Notes: generated by a model not told the origin, from the sequence alone. A DNA stretch of 32,000 nucleotides from Nitrosopumilus sp. (GCF_965223225.1 NZ_CBDCVU010000004.1:600378-632377), one strand, 5' to 3'; shown: positions 8,060 to 16,674, counted from the stretch's first letter. Translations and numbers: made by a program.

Positions 8060-8878
8060 GTGAAATTGTTATTTTTTGGTTTAACCTTGATCTTTTTACT
8101 TTTAACTCCTGGCGTTTTGGTTTATTCCTTTGCTCAAAACAGTTATGATGTGAATATTCCTACAGGTGCTGCAAATCCTGAAGCTCCATATTTCTGGCAA
8201 AGTGAAAAAGATGGTTCAACTACAGGTATAATTGAAATTTTTGTAGGAGATACTGTTGTATGGAAAAATGCTGATACTACAAGACATACTATAACTTCTG
8301 GCTCTGGTCCTTCTAATTCTGATGGTTTGTTTGCTAGTGGCTATTTTGGTCCTGGCAAATCCTTCTCACATACTTTTGATGAAGTTGGTGTTTATCCTTA
8401 TTATTGTGAACCTCATCCTTGGATGCAAGGTACTATTTTTGTAAGTGCAGGTTATTCAATTATTCCAAATGTGGGAAAGGATGTTGGAGACGGCTCAACA
8501 ATTTTTGATGTTGAATACAATTTTAATCGAATACTCTCCACTGCAGTAATTAACGAAGAACAAAAATCCATAACCTTTGATATTATGGGAGACGCAAAAT
8601 CAGATATTCATGATTTAGAAATCCATTTGCCCTCTGAGCTGATTTCTGGACCTTTTGTAATATTGGTCGATGATCAAAAAATTTCTAATTTTGAACATGT
8701 ATCTGATGAAGGTGGTCTAAATATCCTGTTCATTACGTTGGATGCCGATTCCAAAACTCTCTCAATTTTTGGAACTTCAGTTGTTCCAGAATTTGGTCCT
8801 GTGACACTCTTAATCTTGAGTATCTCCATTGTATCTGTAATCTTGATAAGCCAAAAATTTAGATTAAATAATTTTTAA
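8060..8878 (+). CDS. blue (type-1) copper protein, plastocyanin-like, with PEFG-type C-terminal sorting signal
   Basis: Signal-like N-terminus. Cupredoxin ligand set: His in TTRHTITSG plus YYCEPHPWMQG (Cys-x2-His-x2-Met). The C-terminus is VVPEFGPVTLLILSISIVSVILISQKFRLNNF, i.e. PEFG + TM helix + basic tail. Confidence 0.85.
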   Translation: MKLLFFGLTLIFLLLTPGVLVYSFAQNSYDVNIPTGAANPEAPYFWQSEKDGSTTGIIEIFVGDTVVWKNADTTRHTITSGSGPSNSDGLFASGYFGPGKSFSHTFDEVGVYPYYCEPHPWMQGTIFVSAGYSIIPNVGKDVGDGSTIFDVEYNFNRILSTAVINEEQKSITFDIMGDAKSDIHDLEIHLPSELISGPFVILVDDQKISNFEHVSDEGGLNILFITLDADSKTLSIFGTSVVPEFGPVTLLILSISIVSVILISQKFRLNNF

Positions 8879-8910
8879 TATTTTAAAAACTAGTTGGACA
8901 TTGAGGTTTC

Positions 8911-9534
8911 TTATTTTATTTTAAGTGTAATTTCTTCCCCATTTCCAATTGGGGATGTGATGGACTTAAGATTTGGATTGTCCCTTATGTGATTAGATAA
9001 TTTTTTCATATCCTCTTTGTATTTTTCAGGATAGATCATATTGTCTGTAACAACAAGCCCACCTTTTGAAACCATTGGCAAAATTTTATCAAAGTATTCT
9101 ATAACCTTCTCCTTATCTGCATCAATAAACACAAAATCAAAAAATTCTTTATAGTTGGTATCTAATGAAAGTTCAGTAAGAATTTCCATTGCTAAGCCTT
9201 CTTTTATCTCGATAATTTCGTTAACCTTTGCTTTTTCAAAATTTTCTTTTGCCCTTCTGATCTTATTTGGATTCTGTTCTATTGTGATTATTTTACCTGT
9301 TTTTTTGTTCTCTTTTAGGGCTTCTGCAAACCATATTGTTGAATATCCTGTTGACATGCCTATTTCTAAGACGTTTTGGGCATTGTATAGTCTCATCATT
9401 AGATTGAGTAATTCTCCGGTCTCTTTGGTAATGGCTAGCATACGATCATTAGGTGCTACATCTACTCTCCTGTTTTTTTCAAGATTTGATTGAGACTCTA
9501 ATTCTTCAAGTACTTTAAAAATTGAATTTTCCAT
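8911..9534 (-). CDS. class I SAM-dependent O-methyltransferase (caffeoyl-CoA OMT-like family)
   Basis: SAM motif I VLEIGMSTGYST, GKIITIEQNP, FDFVFIDADKEKVIEYF and GGLVVTDNM are typical of the Methyltransf_3 family. Confidence 0.85.
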   Translation of the reverse strand: MENSIFKVLEELESQSNLEKNRRVDVAPNDRMLAITKETGELLNLMMRLYNAQNVLEIGMSTGYSTIWFAEALKENKKTGKIITIEQNPNKIRRAKENFEKAKVNEIIEIKEGLAMEILTELSLDTNYKEFFDFVFIDADKEKVIEYFDKILPMVSKGGLVVTDNMIYPEKYKEDMKKLSNHIRDNPNLKSITSPIGNGEEITLKIK

Positions 9535-9631
9535 ATTGTTTTTCTCTTGTTATAATTTGATTCTGCTTGATTATATGAATTTGAATTGGTTTCAATAGCT
9601 TATATTTGCCAAACTTTTTTTTTATTTTGGC

Positions 9632-10009
9632 ATGGCGGTAAAAAAGATCGATTTACTAGAAATTGTTCAAAAGATCTTGAATCTTGATTCTAAAATGAGA
9701 TTTGCAGCAATAATTGATTCTAAGGGAAACATAAGGGAAGCAATTATGAAGGCAGGAAAAACAAATCTCAAATCCCAAAAAGAAGAAGAACATTTTTGCA
9801 AACAGGTGGCACAACGCAGGGCAATGAGAAAAGAATTTGATCGTTCACTTGGTAAGGTTCGCTATGTGCACGTTGAGCGAGAAAAAGTCTCCCAGATGGT
9901 AATTTACACAAAAAGAAATATTGTTTATTTCACAATAGAGCCAGAAATGCCAATCAACACAAAAATTCGATTGATTACAAAAATAAAAAAGATTACATCT
10001 GATCTCTAA
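9632..10009 (+). CDS. hypothetical protein, paralog of 681..1073
   Basis: 125-aa ATG ORF. It aligns by eye with the 681..1073 product (MRFAAIIDSKGN.. / IRSTGVLNKMGR..; MRKEFDRSLGKVRY / MRKDFDEGLGAMDY). Confidence 0.55.
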   Translation: MAVKKIDLLEIVQKILNLDSKMRFAAIIDSKGNIREAIMKAGKTNLKSQKEEEHFCKQVAQRRAMRKEFDRSLGKVRYVHVEREKVSQMVIYTKRNIVYFTIEPEMPINTKIRLITKIKKITSDL

Positions 10010-10039
10010 CTGTTTTTAGAATCTGGTTTTTGACCCACT

Positions 10040-10387
10040 ATGTTGGTTAAATATTTGGGAGATTCAAAGATGTTTGAATATGATCCGCATTATAGAAAGT
10101 GCCAACAATCAAACAAACCCTTCATCAAAGCAAGAATTGATCCTAAACATGGAAATTATTTTGTGCAAATTGATCTGATGACATGCGATTATGACTTGAC
10201 TAAAACAGAGCAAAAAGAAATCTTGGAATTAGTCAACAGGGAGATGGAATATCTCAAAATTCATCATGATTTAAAATTTGATGGATTTAACATTGACAAG
10301 GAATTGGCTTGGTTTGATGGAGTTTCGCATGCCAATTTAGATGAGTTTTGTACCTCTCTTTATGACATTACACAAAAATATCATTAA
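10040..10387 (+). CDS. hypothetical protein
   Basis: 115-aa ORF. An alternative start gives MFEYDPHY. No recognisable motif. Confidence 0.4.
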   Translation: MLVKYLGDSKMFEYDPHYRKCQQSNKPFIKARIDPKHGNYFVQIDLMTCDYDLTKTEQKEILELVNREMEYLKIHHDLKFDGFNIDKELAWFDGVSHANLDEFCTSLYDITQKYH

Positions 10388-10461
10388 TTTAGTAGTATTT
10401 TTCTAAAAAATATTTTATGAACTATTGAATTTCTTATTTCTTTCTTGTTGTAACTTTAGTT

Positions 10462-10707
10462 TTAGATGGTACTCTTCTGATTAGTGCCATTCCACTGGCT
10501 CTCACTTATGTCTGGAAACATTTCTTTAATCCTGAGTTTGTCTTTTTCCATGGCTTCTATTCTTGCATCAAGATGATTTTTTATTGTAGGGTCATTTTCT
10601 TCTTCTTTTTCTTTCAAAATTTGTGCTATGACTCTAGATAATGACTGATAATATGTTATGTGATTTTTCTTTGATTCTTCAGATTTATCTTCTTCTTTAA
10701 CATCCAT
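10462..10707 (-). CDS. small charged helical protein, paralog of 15742..15942
   Basis: 81-aa ORF. It shares a S(L/I)S..I.Q segment, a TIK element and the C-terminal motif (K/R)EMFP(D/E) with the 66-aa ORF at 15742..15942. Confidence 0.4.
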   Translation of the reverse strand: MDVKEEDKSEESKKNHITYYQSLSRVIAQILKEKEEENDPTIKNHLDARIEAMEKDKLRIKEMFPDISESQWNGTNQKSTI

Positions 10708-10784
10708 GATTTCACTTAATCTAATGAAAATAAGTAGTTGTTCTTTATGTTTACACTAATATTGAATTCTGGATATGGGTTCAC

Positions 10785-11057
10785 ATGAAAGTTCTTGTTG
10801 ATGAAATGGATGACGGTTGGGATGATAAATTAAAAGATCTTGGTTATGATGCATATAGTGTCAAGAAACTGCGCGCAGATGGCTACAAATTGCGAACTGA
10901 TTATTCTGTGATAAACTATGCTAAAGAAAATAACATGATACTTGTAACACGTGATACAGAAAGCGGGCAGGCCTGTGAAGAAAATGATCTACCTTACATT
11001 CTACTTGATAACAATGAAATTTTTAAAATAGTTGTGGGCAAGTTACAAAAAATTTAA
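10785..11057 (+). CDS. PIN-like (DUF5615 / Mut7-C-like) small protein
   Basis: MKVLVDEM...LGYDAYSV...DYSVINYAKENNMILVTRDTES matches the M-K-h-h-h-D-E ... G-h-D-h ... D..h...A.....hh-T-.-D pattern of DUF5615-type PIN-like domains. Confidence 0.5.
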   Translation: MKVLVDEMDDGWDDKLKDLGYDAYSVKKLRADGYKLRTDYSVINYAKENNMILVTRDTESGQACEENDLPYILLDNNEIFKIVVGKLQKI

Positions 11058-11629
11058 TTTATATTTTTAGGATCTAGGTTAGATAGCCTCAAATTTGAAA
11101 GGACTTCGTTTAGGAATTTTTCTTCTGGCTGCTGTGATATGATATTCATTATCACTTGCCAGCAATCTGTGATTTTTCTATTGATCTGTGAGAACATTTT
11201 GTCTTTTTTGAAGGCTGGATAAAACGCAAGTAATTTCATGATGCCATCTGTTGCTTGAATTACATGAATGGCATGTACTACTGTTCGTAGCCTATCTTGA
11301 AATGTGAGTTTTTTTTCTGTCTGAATAACCCCAAAATTTGTAATTTCCTCAAAAATAATCTCCACTTCTTTATGCAGGTTTTTTAGCTGGTTGTTAACTG
11401 ATTCATAAAGGTCGATGAGCTCGTATTCTATGTGGGTTCTGTCATAAACTCTTTTTTCTATCTCTCCCGTTTCAACTAGGAAGCTAATCTCTCTGTAGAC
11501 AGTTTTTTCATTTCCTACCTTTGCCGTTACTCTTTTTGCAAGGTCTGTTCCACTAGTTTTTCCATTTTCATTTAGAACTCTTATTATCTCTGTTCTTATG
11601 ATCTCAGAATCTTTGTTATTTTTTGTCAT
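11054..11629 (-). CDS. putative winged-helix transcriptional regulator with uncharacterised C-terminal domain
   Basis: The N-terminus IIRVLNENGKTSGTDLAKRVTAKVGNEKTVYREISFLVETGEIEKRV has a wHTH-like pattern. Convergent 4-nt overlap with the PIN-like ORF. Confidence 0.5.
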   Translation of the reverse strand: MTKNNKDSEIIRTEIIRVLNENGKTSGTDLAKRVTAKVGNEKTVYREISFLVETGEIEKRVYDRTHIEYELIDLYESVNNQLKNLHKEVEIIFEEITNFGVIQTEKKLTFQDRLRTVVHAIHVIQATDGIMKLLAFYPAFKKDKMFSQINRKITDCWQVIMNIISQQPEEKFLNEVLSNLRLSNLDPKNIN

Positions 11630-12002
11630 TTTCTCTCATGTTTTTTTGATATTTTTCTAATACTTTTTCTTCTCCTTTGTTATCTATTTCATTTGCCAAC
11701 TCTTCTAAAATCTTTATTCCTTTTTTGATTGGTTCTTTTTCTATGTTTTTGTATTGTAATCTTTGTTTTAGCGTTAACTTTTCATTGTTGATAAATCTCA
11801 ATAAACTGACATTTTCACCCATATTGAGATTAACAAAAAAATCTACATATTCTGAGGCTGAGTTTATTCCCACAATCTTGTTTGTTTGTTTGGGTTTATT
11901 AGTTGAATCTTCATCCAAACTAGGTTTATTTACAAATTTGAATATTTTATGGTGTGGATGCCTGTGATAGAAGGGTAAGGGCTTACAAAAATGGAAAGAC
12001 AC
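11616..12002 (-). CDS. hypothetical protein (start uncertain)
   Basis: 128-aa ORF overlapping the downstream wHTH gene by 14 nt. It also collides with the + ORF at 11954. The internal ATG at 11822 (MGENVSLLRF..., 68 aa) would remove that collision. Confidence 0.3.
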   Translation of the reverse strand: MSFHFCKPLPFYHRHPHHKIFKFVNKPSLDEDSTNKPKQTNKIVGINSASEYVDFFVNLNMGENVSLLRFINNEKLTLKQRLQYKNIEKEPIKKGIKILEELANEIDNKGEEKVLEKYQKNMRENDKK

Positions 12003-12208
12003 TAGATCAATGTAAAGACATTGCCGAATCTATGAATCCAGATTTTAAAAATCAGATTGAAAAAAAAGGCAAAGTTTTGTGGAGTGAAATTCTAGAGAAG
12101 GTTGACCATGATGAATTAGTTTACAAATTTACTTTAAAATTTCTAAGACGTGACGGTTATGATATTGGCAATTACAAAATTCCTGAAGTTAAAAAATTCA
12201 TTTCGTAA
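11954..12208 (+). CDS. hypothetical small protein (start uncertain)
   Basis: GTG ORF of 84 aa. The first ATG at 12032 gives a 58-aa product, MNPDFKNQ.... Confidence 0.3.
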   Translation: MDACDRRVRAYKNGKTLDQCKDIAESMNPDFKNQIEKKGKVLWSEILEKVDHDELVYKFTLKFLRRDGYDIGNYKIPEVKKFIS

Positions 12209-13034
12209 GAGTGATGTCACAGCTTCCATCTGAATTTTGTAATTTCTTTGCCATCAGAAAAGGGGTGACAAGTAATACTGGAATCGATATTGCGATAAAA
12301 AAAGTCTGCATCTGAGTCAAGAATACCGACAAACCAATACCTGATGCTGTTCCTACAAAAATTGAGAAAAATGTTCCTGCACACGTGGGACACGCAATGA
12401 ATAGTCCTGTGATTGCACCAATTGTGCTGAATCCTCTACCTTTCTTCGAAATATTATAAGCACTAACTGCAATTGCTGCATTTAGTGCCACAAGATACGA
12501 TACTGTAATCTGCAGCACAAAATTTATTGGAATTATGTTTAGTCCCACAGAATCTGTTAGATATATGATGACTTGTGGCATATATCCTAGATCTCCACAG
12601 CAAGGAGCAACAAAACCTGATGGTATTTCCGCGCCGTAATGCTCTGAAAAACTTATCTCCGGTTGATAAACCAGTGTTCCTGAGGCAAGTGAAAAAAATA
12701 TTCCATATCCGATGAATGTAGAAACAGCAATTTTGCGTGACTTTTTGTTCCATGTAATAACTGCAATTATTGTAAAAAGATCTTTTTTGGCTGCTCTTAC
12801 CTTTTCACCGTGGTACCTATACAACCCAAATCCAATAGCACCAAAGGCTGCAATCAAAACAATGTAAAACCCATAAGCAATTCTGTGTATTGACTCTATT
12901 GCATCTGGCGTAAGTGTCTCCGGATCTTGGTATCTACTATACATGACAAACATGAATCCGATCATTACAAGTCCTAAAATAATAAGCTCTCTTCCTCTAC
13001 TTTTCTTGTCTTCTCCTGACTCCAATCTTCTCAT
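12198..13034 (-). CDS. polytopic membrane protein with intramembrane Cys motifs
   Basis: About 7-8 hydrophobic helices. Motifs are APCCGDLGY and FIACPTCAGTFF in or at the edge of hydrophobic segments, plus a C-terminal GSC. Family not recognised. Confidence 0.7.
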   Translation of the reverse strand: MRRLESGEDKKSRGRELIILGLVMIGFMFVMYSRYQDPETLTPDAIESIHRIAYGFYIVLIAAFGAIGFGLYRYHGEKVRAAKKDLFTIIAVITWNKKSRKIAVSTFIGYGIFFSLASGTLVYQPEISFSEHYGAEIPSGFVAPCCGDLGYMPQVIIYLTDSVGLNIIPINFVLQITVSYLVALNAAIAVSAYNISKKGRGFSTIGAITGLFIACPTCAGTFFSIFVGTASGIGLSVFLTQMQTFFIAISIPVLLVTPFLMAKKLQNSDGSCDITLTK

Positions 13035-13067
13035 CTTATTTTTATTGATGTAAAATTAAATGCTATC

Positions 13068-14945
13068 TCAACTAAGTTTGGGCACAAAAATGTATATTAT
13101 TGCAATAATTTCCAATCTTCCAAAAATCATCAAAAACCCTAGGACAATTTTCGTGGCAGGATCTGTTTCAAAATCAATTACATTTGCTGAAAGTCCTCCA
13201 GTAGTAATAACGCCTACTGATTCAAAAAATGCATCTTGAAATGGAACGTCTTCAATGTTTGCCAAATGCAAACCTGTAATTGCAGAGATTGTTGGAAATA
13301 ATACAATAATTATCAATGTAGATGTAAACTCTTTTTTTGTTTGGTCTGATAATTCTGATCTTTTCACTTTGCTGAGAAAAGCCCTGCAATCCTTCAGGTG
13401 AAACAACCTGAATATCTTAAGACCACCTGCAGTTGAAAAACCACATCCTCCGATAAACATGAGAATTATCAAAATAGTATGTGCAGCTCCTCCAAGTCCT
13501 GCAAGACTTTCAAGCTGAAGTCCTGCGGTGGTGCTTGCAGATACTGAATAAAATGCACTTTCTAATGGATCTAAACCGCTTATCAGCATAAAGAGAATTG
13601 TAGCACTTCCTAGTATGGCAAAATATAGTAAAACCTCTTTTCCAAGCTTTGGTGCAAGGAATTTTTTCCTAACAAATGCATAGTGAAATGTAAATGGCAA
13701 TGCTCCTAGAATCATTGCTCCCATCAAGATTACGTGTTCTTGCCATACCATTTCTGGGACCAATGTAGATGTTGGTGTGAATCCTCCAGTTGCAAGCGTA
13801 CTCATTGCCAATGCCAAATTATCTAGAATGTTACTTTCACCAAACAAATACAACAAACCCGCCACAATTACAATATACACTCCAAAAATGACGGTAATTG
13901 TAAGGAACAACTCCTTCATGTGTAATGTTCTTCCAGAAATGAAACCACGCATGGCCTGTAGCTTTGATTCAGGATAAAATGCTGTGATCACCAAATAGAT
14001 GAAACTCATTCCTCCTACAAGTTGTGTGTAACTACGATAAAACGTAAAACTTTGAGTAAGTTCTTCTGGATGATCAAATAACGATATTCCTCCTGTTGTA
14101 AATCCGGCAGCACTTGAGAAAAATGCATTTCCAAATACCTCTACGATTGTCTCTTCATTTGGAAATACGTAAAGATACGGCACAGTTCCAAACAAAGAAA
14201 GCAAAAACAGACTTGAAAAAACCAATATTGATGCTTGCTGTAAATTCAAACTAGATTTTTCTCCATACGAGTTCAAAAAGAAGCCTGTAACAAGTAATAG
14301 AACTGTAGTAAGATAAATTCCAGTAGCTGTAATTGTGTCTTCAAGAACTGTGGCAACAATTGCGGGCAATAACAACAACACACCGGCAAACTGTAAAACA
14401 AAACCCAAATTTCCTAAAACTGCTTTGACTGGTGGACTCAAAAGACGTGGTGCAGTAGCAGTAGCGTCTCTAATCACGTTGGCAATAGTAGTCTGAAAAA
14501 TCATTCCTATTACTTGATTTTTCTTTGATATTACAGGTAATTTCCTAATGTGATTGTCTCTCATTTTGTGCAATGCATCTTGTAGTGTTGCTTTTTCATT
14601 AATTGTAATAAGTGGAGTACTCATGACATCTTTTAACATTGTAGCCTCTGCATACACTGTAACATCACTTACCTTGCTTAGAATATCTTCATCTGTTACA
14701 ATCCCTACTGGAGTTTTTTCTGAGTTGGTAACAATGATGTCATCTGTTTCATAATGCCTCAACATCCTTGCCGCTTCTCTTGTCTCTGTTTTTTCACTTA
14801 AAATCAAAACATCCTTGTCCATGTATTCTGTAACATACTTGTTTAGAACATACGAAACGGCACGTTCGGGATTTGTAGACATTAAGCTACCCATAGTTGG
14901 GGATTTTAAATAATTTGGGGTTGTTTCTTGGATTTGATCGAACAA
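13068..14945 (-). CDS. trkH: TrkH/KtrB-family cation (K+) transporter with N-terminal CBS-domain pair
   Basis: The N-terminal ~160 aa have two CBS motifs (DIIVTNSEKTPVGIVTDEDIL; IRKLPVISKKNQVIGMI). The membrane part has four pore-loop-like motifs (FTTGGISLF, LATGGFTPT, FSTAGGLKIFR, ITTGGLSAN). TTG start at 14945; alternative ATG at 14894. Confidence 0.85.
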   Translation of the reverse strand: MFDQIQETTPNYLKSPTMGSLMSTNPERAVSYVLNKYVTEYMDKDVLILSEKTETREAARMLRHYETDDIIVTNSEKTPVGIVTDEDILSKVSDVTVYAEATMLKDVMSTPLITINEKATLQDALHKMRDNHIRKLPVISKKNQVIGMIFQTTIANVIRDATATAPRLLSPPVKAVLGNLGFVLQFAGVLLLLPAIVATVLEDTITATGIYLTTVLLLVTGFFLNSYGEKSSLNLQQASILVFSSLFLLSLFGTVPYLYVFPNEETIVEVFGNAFFSSAAGFTTGGISLFDHPEELTQSFTFYRSYTQLVGGMSFIYLVITAFYPESKLQAMRGFISGRTLHMKELFLTITVIFGVYIVIVAGLLYLFGESNILDNLALAMSTLATGGFTPTSTLVPEMVWQEHVILMGAMILGALPFTFHYAFVRKKFLAPKLGKEVLLYFAILGSATILFMLISGLDPLESAFYSVSASTTAGLQLESLAGLGGAAHTILIILMFIGGCGFSTAGGLKIFRLFHLKDCRAFLSKVKRSELSDQTKKEFTSTLIIIVLFPTISAITGLHLANIEDVPFQDAFFESVGVITTGGLSANVIDFETDPATKIVLGFLMIFGRLEIIAIIYIFVPKLS

Positions 14946-15032
14946 GAATTCTTATTTTTGAGATTCTTGTCTTTTGATCGTGCCTGTTTTGGTATCTTTA
15001 TAAGCATAATCCAGGCCTTTATCTGTAAGACA

Positions 15033-15464
15033 ATGGATATTGATCAAGCGCAAGAGCCTGATTATGAATCAGTCAAGATAGATTATGTTGGATTTGTAGA
15101 CCCATATGCTGTTGAAGGGATGGTTATCCTAAAGGCAGATAACGGAAAAGAATTTCACATGAGGGCTTTTTCAGGAGAAGTTGCAAAACATATCTCAAGC
15201 TTTTCTGAGCCGGATGCTGAATCAGTTCCATCAATTTACAAATTAATTGAAGAAATCTGTGAAGAAAATGAACTAGTATTAGTTAAGGTGAAAATTTATG
15301 AAAGTGGAGAAGTACTACGTGCTAATCTGTATTTTACCGGGAAAAAAGACCTTGTATTGAGAAGTTATCGAGCATCTGATGCTATGGCACTTGCTGCTTT
15401 CTATAAAATTCCAATACTCGTTAAAAAAAATCTTCTCAAAGAAAGTAGCAGCCTTGAAGCATAA
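15033..15464 (+). CDS. bifunctional-nuclease (BFN/DUF151)-like domain protein, divergent
   Basis: The layout fits BFN: VILKADNGKEFHMRAFSGEVAKHI ... VKVKIYESGEVLRANLYF ... YRASDAMALAAFYKIPILVKKNLL. The usual RPxTHDL-type motif reads VPSIYKL here. ATG at 15033 is preferred; the track's longer ORF would overlap the trkH start. Confidence 0.55.
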   Translation: MDIDQAQEPDYESVKIDYVGFVDPYAVEGMVILKADNGKEFHMRAFSGEVAKHISSFSEPDAESVPSIYKLIEEICEENELVLVKVKIYESGEVLRANLYFTGKKDLVLRSYRASDAMALAAFYKIPILVKKNLLKESSSLEA

Positions 15465-15495
15465 TTTTACAATGCATACTCTTTTCTAGTCCGAT

Positions 15496-15723
15496 TTGTT
15501 TCTGATGTTTATGAGTGACAATGAACATCTAATGGATGAAATTCTAAATTCGGATGTTGAGATAATTGAGACAGTGCGACAACTAATACAAGAAGATTGG
15601 GATTCTGAAACGCTAAAGCAGCAAATATCAGATCTGCTAAAAATACGTGATGACATGGTGGCAAAATTAATGACTTCTGAAAATAATCATATGGAATGTG
15701 ACTGTGGTCATAGTCATGAATAA
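15496..15723 (+). CDS. small acidic protein with C-terminal Cys/His cluster
   Basis: 75-aa ORF (ATG options at 15505 and 15511) ending HMECDCGHSHE. Confidence 0.4.
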   Translation: MFLMFMSDNEHLMDEILNSDVEIIETVRQLIQEDWDSETLKQQISDLLKIRDDMVAKLMTSENNHMECDCGHSHE

Positions 15724-15741
15724 ATTGTATTTGATAATTTT

Positions 15742-15942
15742 TTAGGTATCAAAGAAACCCTCAGGAAACATCTCTCTGATTTTATCTAATTCTTTATGAT
15801 ATGTTTGAATTTTTGACTCTATCTCTTGCCTTTCTTCTTCTTTTATAGTGTTATTTTTTTCTAAATTGAGTTGTTGAATTTGCTTAGAAATTGATTTGTA
15901 CATTATAGAATACTCTGGAAAGTTTTTTGGCAATTTGCTCAT
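15742..15942 (-). CDS. small charged helical protein, paralog of 10462..10707
   Basis: 66-aa ATG ORF. The C-terminal LDKIREMFPEGFF matches DKLRIKEMFPDIS of the 81-aa ORF. Confidence 0.4.
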   Translation of the reverse strand: MSKLPKNFPEYSIMYKSISKQIQQLNLEKNNTIKEEERQEIESKIQTYHKELDKIREMFPEGFFDT

Positions 15943-16132
15943 TTGTTTTTCATCAAACCTACTTTGATATCTCTTAAAAAATTTCTCTTTTTTGTTTCTA
16001 ATTTATTTACATAATGCTTCATAATTCGGCAAACTCATCAACAATCAGTTATAGCTTTATTGATTAATCATCAGCAAAATTAGTTGAAATTACTTTTGTA
16101 TATTATTATCGATAACTCAAATACGAACCTTT

Positions 16133-16414
16133 TTGAGAATGAAACAATCATACGTATGTGATATGGCTAACTTTGATAAACTCTATCAGCAAGTTGCCTT
16201 GGAAATAATCAATAAATGTCATGGTGGAATCAACATAAAAAAACACGGAAAAATAATACTTGTTTATGATCCTAATCGAAATATCTGGAGTAGTGGTCTG
16301 ATTGGATTGATGATCAGAGAAGAGTGCAAAAATGCAAATTTGAGAGATTGGGAATCTGCAAATGTTCGCAGTAACATTGTCAAAATTTTATTGTCAAAAC
16401 CTTTAGAATCTTAA
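16133..16414 (+). CDS. hypothetical protein
   Basis: 93-aa ORF with no recognisable motif. Convergent 4-nt overlap with the next ORF. Confidence 0.4.
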   Translation: MRMKQSYVCDMANFDKLYQQVALEIINKCHGGINIKKHGKIILVYDPNRNIWSSGLIGLMIREECKNANLRDWESANVRSNIVKILLSKPLES

Positions 16415-16674
16415 TACTCTACTCTTCGAATTAAATGTGGTTCTTTTAGCATTATGATGTCACTGCTATTTCTTGAGGACAATTCTACTTTTTTTAAATG
16501 ACGATTTGTTACTATTGTTAATGCTTCACATCTAGAACACAAAATAGTTAATCCTTCTGATCTATCTTCAATTATTATGTCTCTTTGTAATTTGTCTTCT
16601 TTATTACATGATGGACAAAGTCTTGGTTCTTTTGTAGATAGGATGATCTCTTTTATGAAAATTGACTTGCTCAT
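16411..16674 (-). CDS. small zinc-ribbon protein
   Basis: CPSC ... CSRC, two CxxC pairs about 24 aa apart, in an 87-aa ATG ORF. Confidence 0.45.
   Translation of the reverse strand: MSKSIFIKEIILSTKEPRLCPSCNKEDKLQRDIIIEDRSEGLTILCSRCEALTIVTNRHLKKVELSSRNSSDIIMLKEPHLIRRVEY

Noticed and set aside
9155-9493. 112-aa + strand ORF inside the O-methyltransferase gene
   Set aside because: It is antisense to a CDS with clear SAM-MTase motifs. The product is a hydrophobic low-complexity artefact. The same reasoning applies to 4208..4396, 11677..11967, 12463..12753, 13777..13977, 14554..14754, 17390..17572, 17569..17766, 20019..20252, 20475..20687, 21171..21413 and 22433..22675.
14928-15032. 35-codon N-terminal extension of the BFN-like ORF (track start 14928)
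   Set aside because: The extension is hydrophobic junk (MDLIEQEFLFLRFLSFDRACFGIF...). It would overlap the trkH start on the other strand. The ATG at 15033 begins the domain-like sequence.
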